DNA of 64,000 nucleotides from an uncultured Clostridia bacterium (GTDB lineage Bacteria; Bacillota; Clostridia; TANB77; CAG-508): NCBI GenBank assembly GCA_944391865.1, contig CALXVD010000004.1, positions 6,615 to 70,614 of the forward strand, read 5' to 3'. Shown piece by piece: positions 1 to 8,284 of this stretch (position 1 is its first letter; each line of letters starts with the position of its first letter). The notes under the pieces were generated by a model. It saw only the letters and a program-made list of their open reading frames with translations, ran no database searches and was not told where the DNA came from. The position numbers and the translations under genes were made by a program.

Positions 1-190
1 TATTAGTTGGGGTAAGTAATATTTGAATATCCGCTATATCTATATATTTATATACTTTGTATAAATGTTCATCATTATATTTTGAAGGCCTATAATCTAA
101 TTCTTCAAAATCTTTAATAAACTTTGGTATATTATTTAAGTCTAAACCTATGTAATTTAATTTATCAATTATATTTTCATTAGTTTCCAA
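1..190 (-). CDS. hypothetical protein, N-terminal part only (gene runs off the left edge)
   Basis: Open minus-strand frame from TTG at 188-190 (purine-rich AGAGAGGG about 10 nt upstream) to position 1. Not in the ORF track and no family recognised. Confidence 0.25.
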   Translation of the reverse strand, partial: METNENIIDKLNYIGLDLNNIPKFIKDFEELDYRPSKYNDEHLYKVYKYIDIADIQILLTPTN

Positions 191-282
191 ATTAAAAAAG
201 CCCTCTCTTTCTTATTTTCTTTTGTTTTAACAAAGTATATCATAACACTTTAATTTCTACAATTAGATTTTTAAATTTTTAT

Positions 283-323
283 GGGGAAAAAGGGGTCTGA
301 CCCCTTTTTCCCCGAGTTCGACA
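283..323. repeat. GC-rich palindromic element, family 1 (GGGGAAAAAGGGG-N5-CCCCTTTTTCCCC plus TTCGACA); probably also the thrS terminator hairpin
   Basis: Perfect 13-bp arms at 283-295 and 301-313. Near-identical copy at 45039-45079. Lies just downstream of the thrS stop. Confidence 0.8.
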
Positions 324-340
324 AAATATCCATTATTATT

Positions 341-2245
341 CTATTTTGCAAATGTTCTTTCTTCTTCTTTTATTTTTGCTATAAATTCTGTTACTTTCAT
401 TGCGCCAATATCTCCGTCTTTTCTTGAACGTACACCTACTGCATTTGCTTCTACTTCTTTGTCTCCTATTATTAGCATGTATGGTATTTTTTGAAGTTGT
501 GCTTCCCTTATTTTATATCCTATTTTTTCTTCTCTTTCGTCTATTTCTACACGAATTTCATTTTCTTCAAATTCTTTCTTTAATTTTTCTGCATATTCTT
601 TGTGGCTATCTGCTATTGGCAAAATTCTTACTTGCACTGGTGCAAGCCATGTTGGGAATGCTCCTGCAAAGTGCTCTATTAGTATTCCAATAAATCTTTC
701 TATGCTTCCAAATATAACACGATGAAGCATTACTGGTCTATGTTTTTCCCCATCTTCTCCTATATATGTTAAGTCAAATCTTTCTGGCATTTGGAAATCT
801 AATTGTATTGTTCCACATTGCCATTCTCTTCCTAAACAGTCTTTTATGTGGAAATCTATTTTTGGACCATAAAATGCTCCGTCTCCTTCATTTATTACGT
901 ACTCTACATTTTCATGTTCTAGTGCTTTTTTTAGAGCATTCTCTGCCATTTCCCAAGCTTCGTCTGAACCCATTGAATCTTCTGGTCTTGTAGAAAGCTC
1001 TACTGTGTAATTAAATCCAAATATGCTATAAACTTCATTTATTAATTTCATTAAACGAACTATTTCAGATTCAATTTGTGATGGCATGCAGAATATATGT
1101 GCATCATCTTGTGTAAAGCATCTTACTCTAAATAATCCATTTAATTCACCAGATTTTTCATGTCTATGAACAAGTCCAAGTTCTCCCATACGAATTGGTA
1201 AATCTCTATATGAATGCATTTTATTTTTGTATACTAACATTCCTCCTGGACAGTTCATCGGTTTTATTCCAAAATCTACATCATCTATTTTTGTTGTATA
1301 CATATTTTCTTTGTAATGATCCCAATGTCCTGATGTATGCCATAATTGTTCATTTAAAATTACTGGCGTTTTTATTTCTTGATATCCATTTTTTACATGT
1401 ATTTTTCTCCAAAAGTCTTCTAACACATTTCTAAGTGCCATTCCCTTTGGTAAAAAGAATGGAAATCCTGGTCCTTCTGGTGCTACCATAAATAATTCTA
1501 ATTGTTTTCCTAATTTTTTATGGTCTCTTTTCTTAGCTTCTTCTAGCATATTAACATATTCTTCTAATGCACTTGCTTTAGGGAAAGAAATTCCATAAAT
1601 TCTTTGTAACATTTTGTTTTTTTCGTCTCCACGCCAATATGCTCCTGATGATGAAAGTAGTTTTACTGCTTTTACTTTTCCTGTACTTGTTAAGTGTGGT
1701 CCTGCGCAAAGGTCTGTAAATTCTCCTTGTTTATAAAATGATATTGTTTCTCCTTCTGGCAAGTCATTTATAAGTTCTTGCTTATATGGTTCATCTTTCA
1801 TTAATTCTAATGCTTCTTTTCTAGGTAGTTCAAATCTTTCTATTGGTAAATCTTCTTTTATTACTTTTTTCATTTCTTTTTCTATTGCTTCTAGCATTTC
1901 TGGTGTAAAAGGCTTATCTGTGTCAAAATCATAGTAGAATCCATTATCAATTGATGGACCAATTGCAAGTTTTATCTCTGGATATAGTCTTTTTATTGCT
2001 TGTGCCATAATATGTGATGTTGTGTGCCAATAGGCTTTTTTTCCATCTAAAGCACTTTCAAAAGTTAATATGTTTAATGTACAGTCTTTATTTACAACTG
2101 TTCTTAAATCTACAATTTCTCCATCCATTTCTGCCACAGTTGCCATTCTTGCTAAACCTTCGCTAATTTTTTTTGCTATTTCTAGCACAGTTAAATTTTC
2201 TTCAACCTCCATTATTGAATTGTCTTTTAATGTAATTTTTATCAT
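341..2245 (-). CDS. thrS: threonine--tRNA ligase
   Basis: 634-aa ORF with an N-terminal TGS-like region, an editing domain (HTTSH) and class II core motifs (FRVRCFTQDDAHIF, GTIQLDF). Length is typical of ThrRS. Confidence 0.95.
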   Translation of the reverse strand: MIKITLKDNSIMEVEENLTVLEIAKKISEGLARMATVAEMDGEIVDLRTVVNKDCTLNILTFESALDGKKAYWHTTSHIMAQAIKRLYPEIKLAIGPSIDNGFYYDFDTDKPFTPEMLEAIEKEMKKVIKEDLPIERFELPRKEALELMKDEPYKQELINDLPEGETISFYKQGEFTDLCAGPHLTSTGKVKAVKLLSSSGAYWRGDEKNKMLQRIYGISFPKASALEEYVNMLEEAKKRDHKKLGKQLELFMVAPEGPGFPFFLPKGMALRNVLEDFWRKIHVKNGYQEIKTPVILNEQLWHTSGHWDHYKENMYTTKIDDVDFGIKPMNCPGGMLVYKNKMHSYRDLPIRMGELGLVHRHEKSGELNGLFRVRCFTQDDAHIFCMPSQIESEIVRLMKLINEVYSIFGFNYTVELSTRPEDSMGSDEAWEMAENALKKALEHENVEYVINEGDGAFYGPKIDFHIKDCLGREWQCGTIQLDFQMPERFDLTYIGEDGEKHRPVMLHRVIFGSIERFIGILIEHFAGAFPTWLAPVQVRILPIADSHKEYAEKLKKEFEENEIRVEIDEREEKIGYKIREAQLQKIPYMLIIGDKEVEANAVGVRSRKDGDIGAMKVTEFIAKIKEEERTFAK

Positions 2246-2302
2246 TTCGCTTATTCTCCTTTCTATTATTTAATTAACAATCTAATTATTTTATATATTT
2301 CT

Positions 2303-2393
2303 GATGTGGGAAGTGGGATGTGTGATGTGTGAAATTAGAGTAAGCCTTACGTAGTCTATCTCTAAAAGCACACTTCACACCTCGCACATCTCA
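2303..2393. repeat. about 90-bp GTGTGAGG/CACACTTC structured repeat, family 2, copy A
   Basis: Aligns with 56124-56219 (same orientation) and 45326-45426 (inverted). Core is GGGATGTGTGA(G/T)GTGTGAAATTAG(A/G)GTAAGCCTTAC...AAAAGCACAC(T/C)TCACAC. Confidence 0.8.
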
Positions 2394-2993
2394 TTTATCA
2401 TATACCTCTTTTGCAACAATTTTTGTTAATGCCATAATTACTGCATATTCTTCTAGTTCGTCTCTATATACTCTACCTGCAGTTAGTACTCCTATTGCTC
2501 CTTTTCTTCCTTTTGCGGTACTTCCAAATACATCTTCCATATATCCTAATTCTTCGCCTTCCAAAACTCTTTTTACCACAGTTTTAGGATACTCAAATGA
2601 TGGGCTAAATCCTATATAATAGTTATTTCCATCATATATTGCACATATGCTTGCATCCATATATTTTGTTTCTACTTCTGGTACAGGATACATTCCAGCT
2701 TCTATTCCTACTCCATAGTTACATGTGCCTTTTTCTTTTTCTGCATACTCATAAGCATTTTTTGCTCTATTCTTTGCACCTTCTATTGTTTCAGAAAGAG
2801 TCATTGGATTACATGATACTCCAGAAAAATTATCTTTTTGTTGTCCTTCATTTTCATCTTTTCTTACTTCTTTTGGCATTATAATATATTTTATTTCATC
2901 TTCATTGTTTAACCAAAGTTCTGGATATTTTGAAAAAGCTCTTGTTATTGCAGTTACCTTTGGCACGCTTCTTGTTCCTATTGATATTAGCAT
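2391..2993 (-). CDS. DUF84/YjjX-like non-canonical purine NTP phosphatase
   Basis: 200-aa ORF. The N-terminal IGTRSxPKVxA and overall size resemble inosine/xanthosine triphosphatase family proteins. Ends in TGA. Confidence 0.5.
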   Translation of the reverse strand: MLISIGTRSVPKVTAITRAFSKYPELWLNNEDEIKYIIMPKEVRKDENEGQQKDNFSGVSCNPMTLSETIEGAKNRAKNAYEYAEKEKGTCNYGVGIEAGMYPVPEVETKYMDASICAIYDGNNYYIGFSPSFEYPKTVVKRVLEGEELGYMEDVFGSTAKGRKGAIGVLTAGRVYRDELEEYAVIMALTKIVAKEVYDK

Positions 2994-3002
2994 GTTTATT
3001 TT

Positions 3003-3240
3003 CTCCTAAAAAAAACACACCACCTAAATAGCTTATGTTAATCTATTTAGGGGTGCTTTTATTGCACGGTTCCACCCTTTATTTTACTTAATTTAAAGAT
3101 TTTATCGCGTCTTATGCGTCTAACTTTTATTAGAAAACTCCGAGGTAGTTTTTGGGATACGTTTACTTAAATTAGCTTTCAGCGCAAACACTAATTCTCT
3201 CTAAAAGCAACCTTTATCTTACTTTGTCTCATCACAGTTT
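3003..3240 (-). promoter_or_regulatory. T-box leader (probably Thr-responsive) preceding the DUF84 gene and thrS
   Basis: The minus strand shows an AGAGA stem I element, a conserved T-box-like AAAGGGTGGAACCGTGC, and a terminator CACCCCTAAATAG...CTATTTAGGTGGTG followed by T8. ACU-ACC is present in the putative specifier region. Confidence 0.6.
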
Positions 3241-3258
3241 TATATTTAACTGCTTATT

Positions 3259-3288
3259 ATTATACTTTATAAGTTACTTAAATGTCAA
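3259..3288 (-). promoter_or_regulatory. sigma-A type promoter for the T-box leader
   Basis: Minus strand TTGACA, 18 nt, TATAAT. Confidence 0.55.
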
Positions 3289-3312
3289 ATATATTATGCA
3301 AATTCGTAATAT

Positions 3313-3341
3313 TTCACATTTCCCACATCCCACTTCACATT
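3313..3341. repeat. partial copy (one arm) of the family 2 repeat
   Basis: TTTCACATTTCCCACATCCCACTTCACAT matches the right end of copy B (45391-45420). Confidence 0.6.
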
Positions 3342-3350
3342 TTATTTATA

Positions 3351-3396
3351 TTTAGAAATTTCTACGAAGAGCGGACGACCACAGGTCGCCCCTACA
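3351..3396. repeat. family 3 element (TAGAAATTTCTACGAAGAGCGG-hairpin-CCCCTACA)
   Basis: Second copy at 36755-36803. A related GC hairpin plus CCCCTACA occurs at 24757-24785. Lies downstream of pgi. Confidence 0.65.
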
Positions 3397-3431
3397 TTTC
3401 CTCTATACTTTCAAATTTGGATATCTGTTCA

Positions 3432-4748
3432 TTAACTATTTTCATACCCAGGTTTTCCAAGCAATCTAAACATATTTGTTTTGTATGCTTCAACTCCTGG
3501 CTGGTCAAATGGATTAACTCCCAATATTTTTCCAGATATACCACAAGCAAGTTCAAAGAAATATATAAGTTCTCCCATAGATTCTTCATTTAATTTCTTA
3601 ACATTTAAAATTATATTTGGAACTCCCCCAGATACATGAGCTTCTATTGTTCCTTGCATTGCTTGCTTGTTTACATAGTCCATTGTTTTCCCTGCTAAAA
3701 AATTTAATCCATCTATATCGTCTTCATCTCTTTTTATTTTTATATCTGTTTTAGTTTCTTCTATGTTTATAACTGTTTCAAATAAATCTCTTCTACCTTC
3801 TTGTATATATTGCCCCATTGAGTGTAAATCTGTTGTTAAATCTACACCTGTTGGAAAAATGCCCTTATGTTCTTTTCCTTCACTTTCTCCATATAGTTGT
3901 TTCCACCATTCTGTAAAGTAATGTAGCTTTGGTTCATAATTTGCGAGTATTTCAATAGTTTTTTCTTTTTTATATAATATATTTCTTACGATCGCATATT
4001 TAAAGCACTGGTTATACTTTACACTCGTATCTGAATAATCATATTGTGCATTTTTTGCGCCTTCCATAAGTTTATCAATGTTTATTCCTGCCACTGCAAT
4101 TGGAAGAAGTCCAACTGGTGTTAAAACAGAAAATCTTCCTCCTACATTGTCTGGAATTACAAATGTCTCGTATTCTTCTTCATCTGCAAGTTCTTTTAAT
4201 GCCCCTTTCTTTTTATCTGTTGTAATATATATTCTTTTGCTTGCTTCGTCTGCTCCATATTTGCTTTCCAAATATTCTCTAAATATTCTAAATGCAATTG
4301 CGGGTTCTGTAGTTGTTCCAGATTTTGATATAACATTTATCGACACATCTTTATCTCCAATGCAATCAATCAATTCGTTTACATAGTTTGGGCTTATGCT
4401 ATTTCCTACAAAAAATATTTGAGGTGATTTTCTTATATCATCTGACATTAAATTTGCAAAATTACTTGTTAAGCTTTCTACTACTGCTCTTGCTCCTAAA
4501 TAAGAGCCTCCAATTCCTATTACAATAAATACTTCTGAATCTTTTCTTATTCTTTTGGCTGCTTTTTTTATTCTATCGAACTCTTTCTTATTGTAATTAG
4601 TTGGTAAGTTTAACCATCCAACAAATTCATTTTTATCCTTAGATTTCTCTACTAAGTCATTATAAATTTTTAATACTTTTTGTTCATATCTTAATATTTC
4701 TTTTTCCGTAACTCCTGAATATTCTAAATCTAATTTAATATTTGGCAT
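3432..4748 (-). CDS. pgi: glucose-6-phosphate isomerase
   Basis: 438-aa ORF with Firmicute-type PGI length and motifs ([24 protein letters not shown]). Confidence 0.9.
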   Translation of the reverse strand: MPNIKLDLEYSGVTEKEILRYEQKVLKIYNDLVEKSKDKNEFVGWLNLPTNYNKKEFDRIKKAAKRIRKDSEVFIVIGIGGSYLGARAVVESLTSNFANLMSDDIRKSPQIFFVGNSISPNYVNELIDCIGDKDVSINVISKSGTTTEPAIAFRIFREYLESKYGADEASKRIYITTDKKKGALKELADEEEYETFVIPDNVGGRFSVLTPVGLLPIAVAGINIDKLMEGAKNAQYDYSDTSVKYNQCFKYAIVRNILYKKEKTIEILANYEPKLHYFTEWWKQLYGESEGKEHKGIFPTGVDLTTDLHSMGQYIQEGRRDLFETVINIEETKTDIKIKRDEDDIDGLNFLAGKTMDYVNKQAMQGTIEAHVSGGVPNIILNVKKLNEESMGELIYFFELACGISGKILGVNPFDQPGVEAYKTNMFRLLGKPGYENS

Positions 4749-4858
4749 AGTCTTTCCTCCTTTATCTTATGTTTTATTATATCCTATCACATTACCCTTA
4801 AATTAGAAACCGTTTTTTTATAAATTGTAAAAAAAATGGAGAATAAATTTCCTCCATT

Positions 4859-6376
4859 TTATTTAACTTCATAAATATTACATGCGTTCATTTTCTGCAT
4901 ATAAGTTATTTCTTTGCTTTCTAAAATTCCTTTTATTCTTTCTTCATCTACACCTTCATTACAGATTAAAATAAAATCCTCTTGTTGATTTTTTAATACG
5001 TCCTCTTGCAATTTATTATAATCTAATATTATTGAAGAATCAACTAATGTAAATAAATATAAGTCATCTAAAAATCTATTTTTACCTGTATTAAAAACAT
5101 ATATTATAGGTAAATTTTTCTCTTCTATATTTTTTGCAATGTTATTATATTTTGTATATGTATATTCTAATTTTGTTCTTGTCATCATAGGACTATATAT
5201 AATTAATAAAAATAATAATGTTGTAATAAATAAAGTGCTTTTATTGTCCCACGCTTTTTTTAAATATGTTTTGGTTAAATATATTGAAGATATAATTATT
5301 ACAGAATAAATCGGCATAATATACCTTGCTTCTACATATGGTGCTTTTAATATTACCACAATTAAATAAACCAATATTGGTATTAATAGCAAATAAATTT
5401 TTTTATTTAAATTCATTTTCTTTTTATTCTTTTTCAAACATGAAATTATAACTATTATTAAAGCAACTGGTAATAAATAGTTAAATATTTCTTTATTTAG
5501 TATCCATATATACCCACCTAAATTGTTTAATATATCTACATTTGTTCCTACTCCTCTATATCCAAATAATATATGTGATATTGCATAAGGAAAAATTAAA
5601 AGATATGCACCTGCTGCAATTATTGTTCCTGCTAGATATAAAACTAAATTTCTAAATCTTTTTTCTTTAATACATTTTCCTATATAAATTATTGCTAAGA
5701 TAAATACATAAATAAAGTAATAGTAATGCGTTAACCCTCCTAAAATTAGGAAAATTGTAATTAAAATTTCGTATGGTATTTTTAATTTTTCTTTATCATA
5801 AATTTTCAAATGCAGGTATGTAATTATTAATATATTTAAGTTACAAAGTTCGTACATCCTTATATACAAACTACTATTTAGGGCAATTAAACTAAATCCA
5901 TTTATTAAACATGTAAGTAATGCATATATTGGATTTTTAAAAATTATTTTTGCTATTAAATATATAAAAATATTAGATATTGCAAAAATTAATATGTTTA
6001 GGATGAGCCCTGACCATTTTGAGAAATTATCTACATTAAAACTCGAAGCTATTCTAAGTAGCAAATAATACAAAGGTGGGTGGACATCATTTTTTTGATT
6101 TTCATAAACTGGGTTTAAATCATATAATTCATCTTTATTTACTTCCAAATAATCTTCGAAGTATTCTTTATTATGCCATGTATTTAAAAAATCTGAATTA
6201 TCAGCAATATTTAATTTATCATAATTCATTAGCCCATACGAATACATCTCGTCCATATGAAAATATTCTTTTTGGAAACAAAAATATACCCTAGTTAAAA
6301 TTTGTATTAATGTTATTAATATTAATATAATTACTATTTTTTTCTTCATTTTTATTCTCCCAATTCTTTTCTCCAT
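4859..6376 (-). CDS. GT-C fold (ArnT/PMT-like) membrane glycosyltransferase
   Basis: 505-aa polytopic ORF with an early DE motif (HMDEMYSYG) and HPPLYY, as in family 39/83 glycosyltransferases. The start may be the MKKK at 6349. Confidence 0.6.
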   Translation of the reverse strand: MEKRIGRIKMKKKIVIILILITLIQILTRVYFCFQKEYFHMDEMYSYGLMNYDKLNIADNSDFLNTWHNKEYFEDYLEVNKDELYDLNPVYENQKNDVHPPLYYLLLRIASSFNVDNFSKWSGLILNILIFAISNIFIYLIAKIIFKNPIYALLTCLINGFSLIALNSSLYIRMYELCNLNILIITYLHLKIYDKEKLKIPYEILITIFLILGGLTHYYYFIYVFILAIIYIGKCIKEKRFRNLVLYLAGTIIAAGAYLLIFPYAISHILFGYRGVGTNVDILNNLGGYIWILNKEIFNYLLPVALIIVIISCLKKNKKKMNLNKKIYLLLIPILVYLIVVILKAPYVEARYIMPIYSVIIISSIYLTKTYLKKAWDNKSTLFITTLLFLLIIYSPMMTRTKLEYTYTKYNNIAKNIEEKNLPIIYVFNTGKNRFLDDLYLFTLVDSSIILDYNKLQEDVLKNQQEDFILICNEGVDEERIKGILESKEITYMQKMNACNIYEVK

Positions 6377-7298
6377 TTATTTCTTTTACTAAATATAGTG
6401 GCCTATTTTTTGTTTGGTTAAATACTCTTCCTAAGTATTCTCCAATTATTCCTGTTAGCACCAGCTGAATTTCTGCAAAGAAAAGTATTAGTAGAATAAT
6501 AATTTGACTTAAATTTATTGCTTGTCCATTTATTATTGATAAGCCTATTAAGCTTGCAGCATATATAAATAGTATTAAAAATATAGGTATTGCAATATAT
6601 ACAGCCCACCTAAGTGGAGATACAGAAAGGGAAGTTATTCCGTCTATTGCTAAATCTATAAGTTTTTTGTAATTCCATTTTGTTTTTCCTGCAATTCTTT
6701 TTTCTCTATCAAATAACACTTCTTTTTTATTAAACCCTATCCAGTTAAACAAACTTTTTGAACATCTAGAAGTTTCTCTCAAAGCACAAATAGCTTGTAC
6801 ACATTTTTTATCCAAAAGTCTAAAATCTCCTGTGTCTTTTTGGACTTCAACATTAGTAAACTTTTGAAGTATATTATAATAAAGTTTTGATGTTGTTTTT
6901 TTAAGCCAAGTTTCTCCGTCTCTTGTTCTTCTTTTGGCATATACATCATCATATCCGTTTTCCCATTCTTCTATCATTTTAGGTATTAACTCTGGTGGAT
7001 CCTGCAAATCTGCATCCATTATTATTACAGCATCACTATTTTTAGAATAATCAAGTCCTGCAATAATTGCAGTTTCTTTACCAAAATTTCTAGAAAAAGA
7101 AATATATTCAAATCTACTGTCAATTTTTCTGATTTCATTTATTAAATCTATACTGCCATCTTTGCTACCATCATCTATAAACAAAATTTTAAAACTATAA
7201 TTTTTAATTTTGTTAATTACATTTAAAATTCTATTTTTAAGAAATAATATGCTTTCTTCTTCATTAAATATTGGTATTAGTATTTTAATTTCTTTCAT
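6291..7298 (-). CDS. family 2 glycosyltransferase (polyprenyl-phosphate sugar transferase, ArnC/GtrB-like)
   Basis: 335-aa ORF with ILIPIFNEE, FIDDGSKDGS and DADLQDPPE, plus two C-terminal TM helices. Confidence 0.8.
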   Translation of the reverse strand: MKEIKILIPIFNEEESILFLKNRILNVINKIKNYSFKILFIDDGSKDGSIDLINEIRKIDSRFEYISFSRNFGKETAIIAGLDYSKNSDAVIIMDADLQDPPELIPKMIEEWENGYDDVYAKRRTRDGETWLKKTTSKLYYNILQKFTNVEVQKDTGDFRLLDKKCVQAICALRETSRCSKSLFNWIGFNKKEVLFDREKRIAGKTKWNYKKLIDLAIDGITSLSVSPLRWAVYIAIPIFLILFIYAASLIGLSIINGQAINLSQIIILLILFFAEIQLVLTGIIGEYLGRVFNQTKNRPLYLVKEINGEKNWENKNEEKNSNYININNINTNFN

Positions 7299-7343
7299 GT
7301 TACACCTCTTTAGTTAAATGTTATCCGCTTTAATGCTTAATTC

Positions 7344-8042
7344 CTATACATTTATTTCTCTTGTTGCTAATTTGTTCGAAAAATACCTATCATGCGAAAC
7401 AAATAATATTGTACCTTTGTATTCTTCTAATGTTTCCTCAAGTACTTCTCTTGTTAAAATATCCAAATGATTTGTAGGTTCATCTAAAAGTAGTATATTA
7501 GGATTTTTCAATAAAATTGCCGCTAAATTTACTATTGTTTTTTCTCCACCACTTAAAGAATTATATTCTTTATTTAAAAAATCTCTATCGAAATTAAACC
7601 CAGAACAAATTTTTTTAAAACTTTCTTCTAGTTCATATCCTCCTAATGCAGTATACCTTTCTTGCAGTTTCCCATATTTTGCTAATATTTTGTCTAAATC
7701 TTTGTTGTTATCTGCCATTAATAATTCTAATTTTTTTAAGTTATTTTCTATACTTGTAAATTCATCAAAGCTTCTCTTTAAATAACTTTCTACTATTTCG
7801 TCTTTTTGCTTTTTATCATAAATTTGTTTTAAAAAACCTATACTAGCTCCTTTTCTTATATTTATTTGCCCAAAATCCTGTTTTTCATCTCCATTTATAA
7901 TTTTTAAAATAGTAGATTTTCCAGAACCGTTTTCTCCTATTAAAGAAACTCTCTCTCCTGTTTTTACCTCAAAACTTACTCCATCTAAAACATTTTTAAG
8001 ACCAAAATTTTTCTTAATATTATTTAATCCAATCTCTATCAT
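7344..8042 (-). CDS. ABC-F family ATPase reduced to a single nucleotide-binding domain (truncated)
   Basis: 232 aa with Walker A GENGSGKST, the ABC-F type inter-motif insert, signature LSGGE, Walker B LLLDEPTNHLD and H-loop SHDRYF. It stops where the ABC-F linker and second NBD should follow. Confidence 0.7.
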   Translation of the reverse strand: MIEIGLNNIKKNFGLKNVLDGVSFEVKTGERVSLIGENGSGKSTILKIINGDEKQDFGQINIRKGASIGFLKQIYDKKQKDEIVESYLKRSFDEFTSIENNLKKLELLMADNNKDLDKILAKYGKLQERYTALGGYELEESFKKICSGFNFDRDFLNKEYNSLSGGEKTIVNLAAILLKNPNILLLDEPTNHLDILTREVLEETLEEYKGTILFVSHDRYFSNKLATREINV

Positions 8043-8134
8043 TTTTTATATCTCCTTATCTTATTAAATTTTATAAGCATAACGAGATATATTTGCTATA
8101 TTTAACTATTACAACTTTACTATTTTTATAGCAA

Positions 8135-8209
8135 TTATCTCGTTGTAATAGTTTTGCAGCCAAAAGCTCTATATTTAATTTTACTCATGTAATTTTCTTC
8201 TCTACTCAT
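8135..8209 (-). CDS. 24-codon leader ORF upstream of the ABC-F gene (MSREENYMSKIKYRAFGCKTITTR)
   Basis: GGAGG lies 6 nt before the ATG. The stop is embedded in a long hairpin (AACGAGATA...TATCTCGTT, about 8075-8145). Not in the ORF track. Confidence 0.4.
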   Translation of the reverse strand: MSREENYMSKIKYRAFGCKTITTR

Positions 8210-8284
8210 GATTGTTCCTCCGCTCTTTACATAATACATTTTATCAAATGTATATATCTTTTTTAAGCAAGTTCTGCTTATCTA

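Noticed and set aside
6291-6376. An 86-nt overlap between the GT2 and GT-C genes, considered as another frame-change site.
   Set aside because: The overlap contains no CGG. Both proteins look complete, and an internal ATG at 6349 gives a normal N-terminus (MKKKIVIIL...) for the GT-C protein. It is an ordinary overlapping operon junction.
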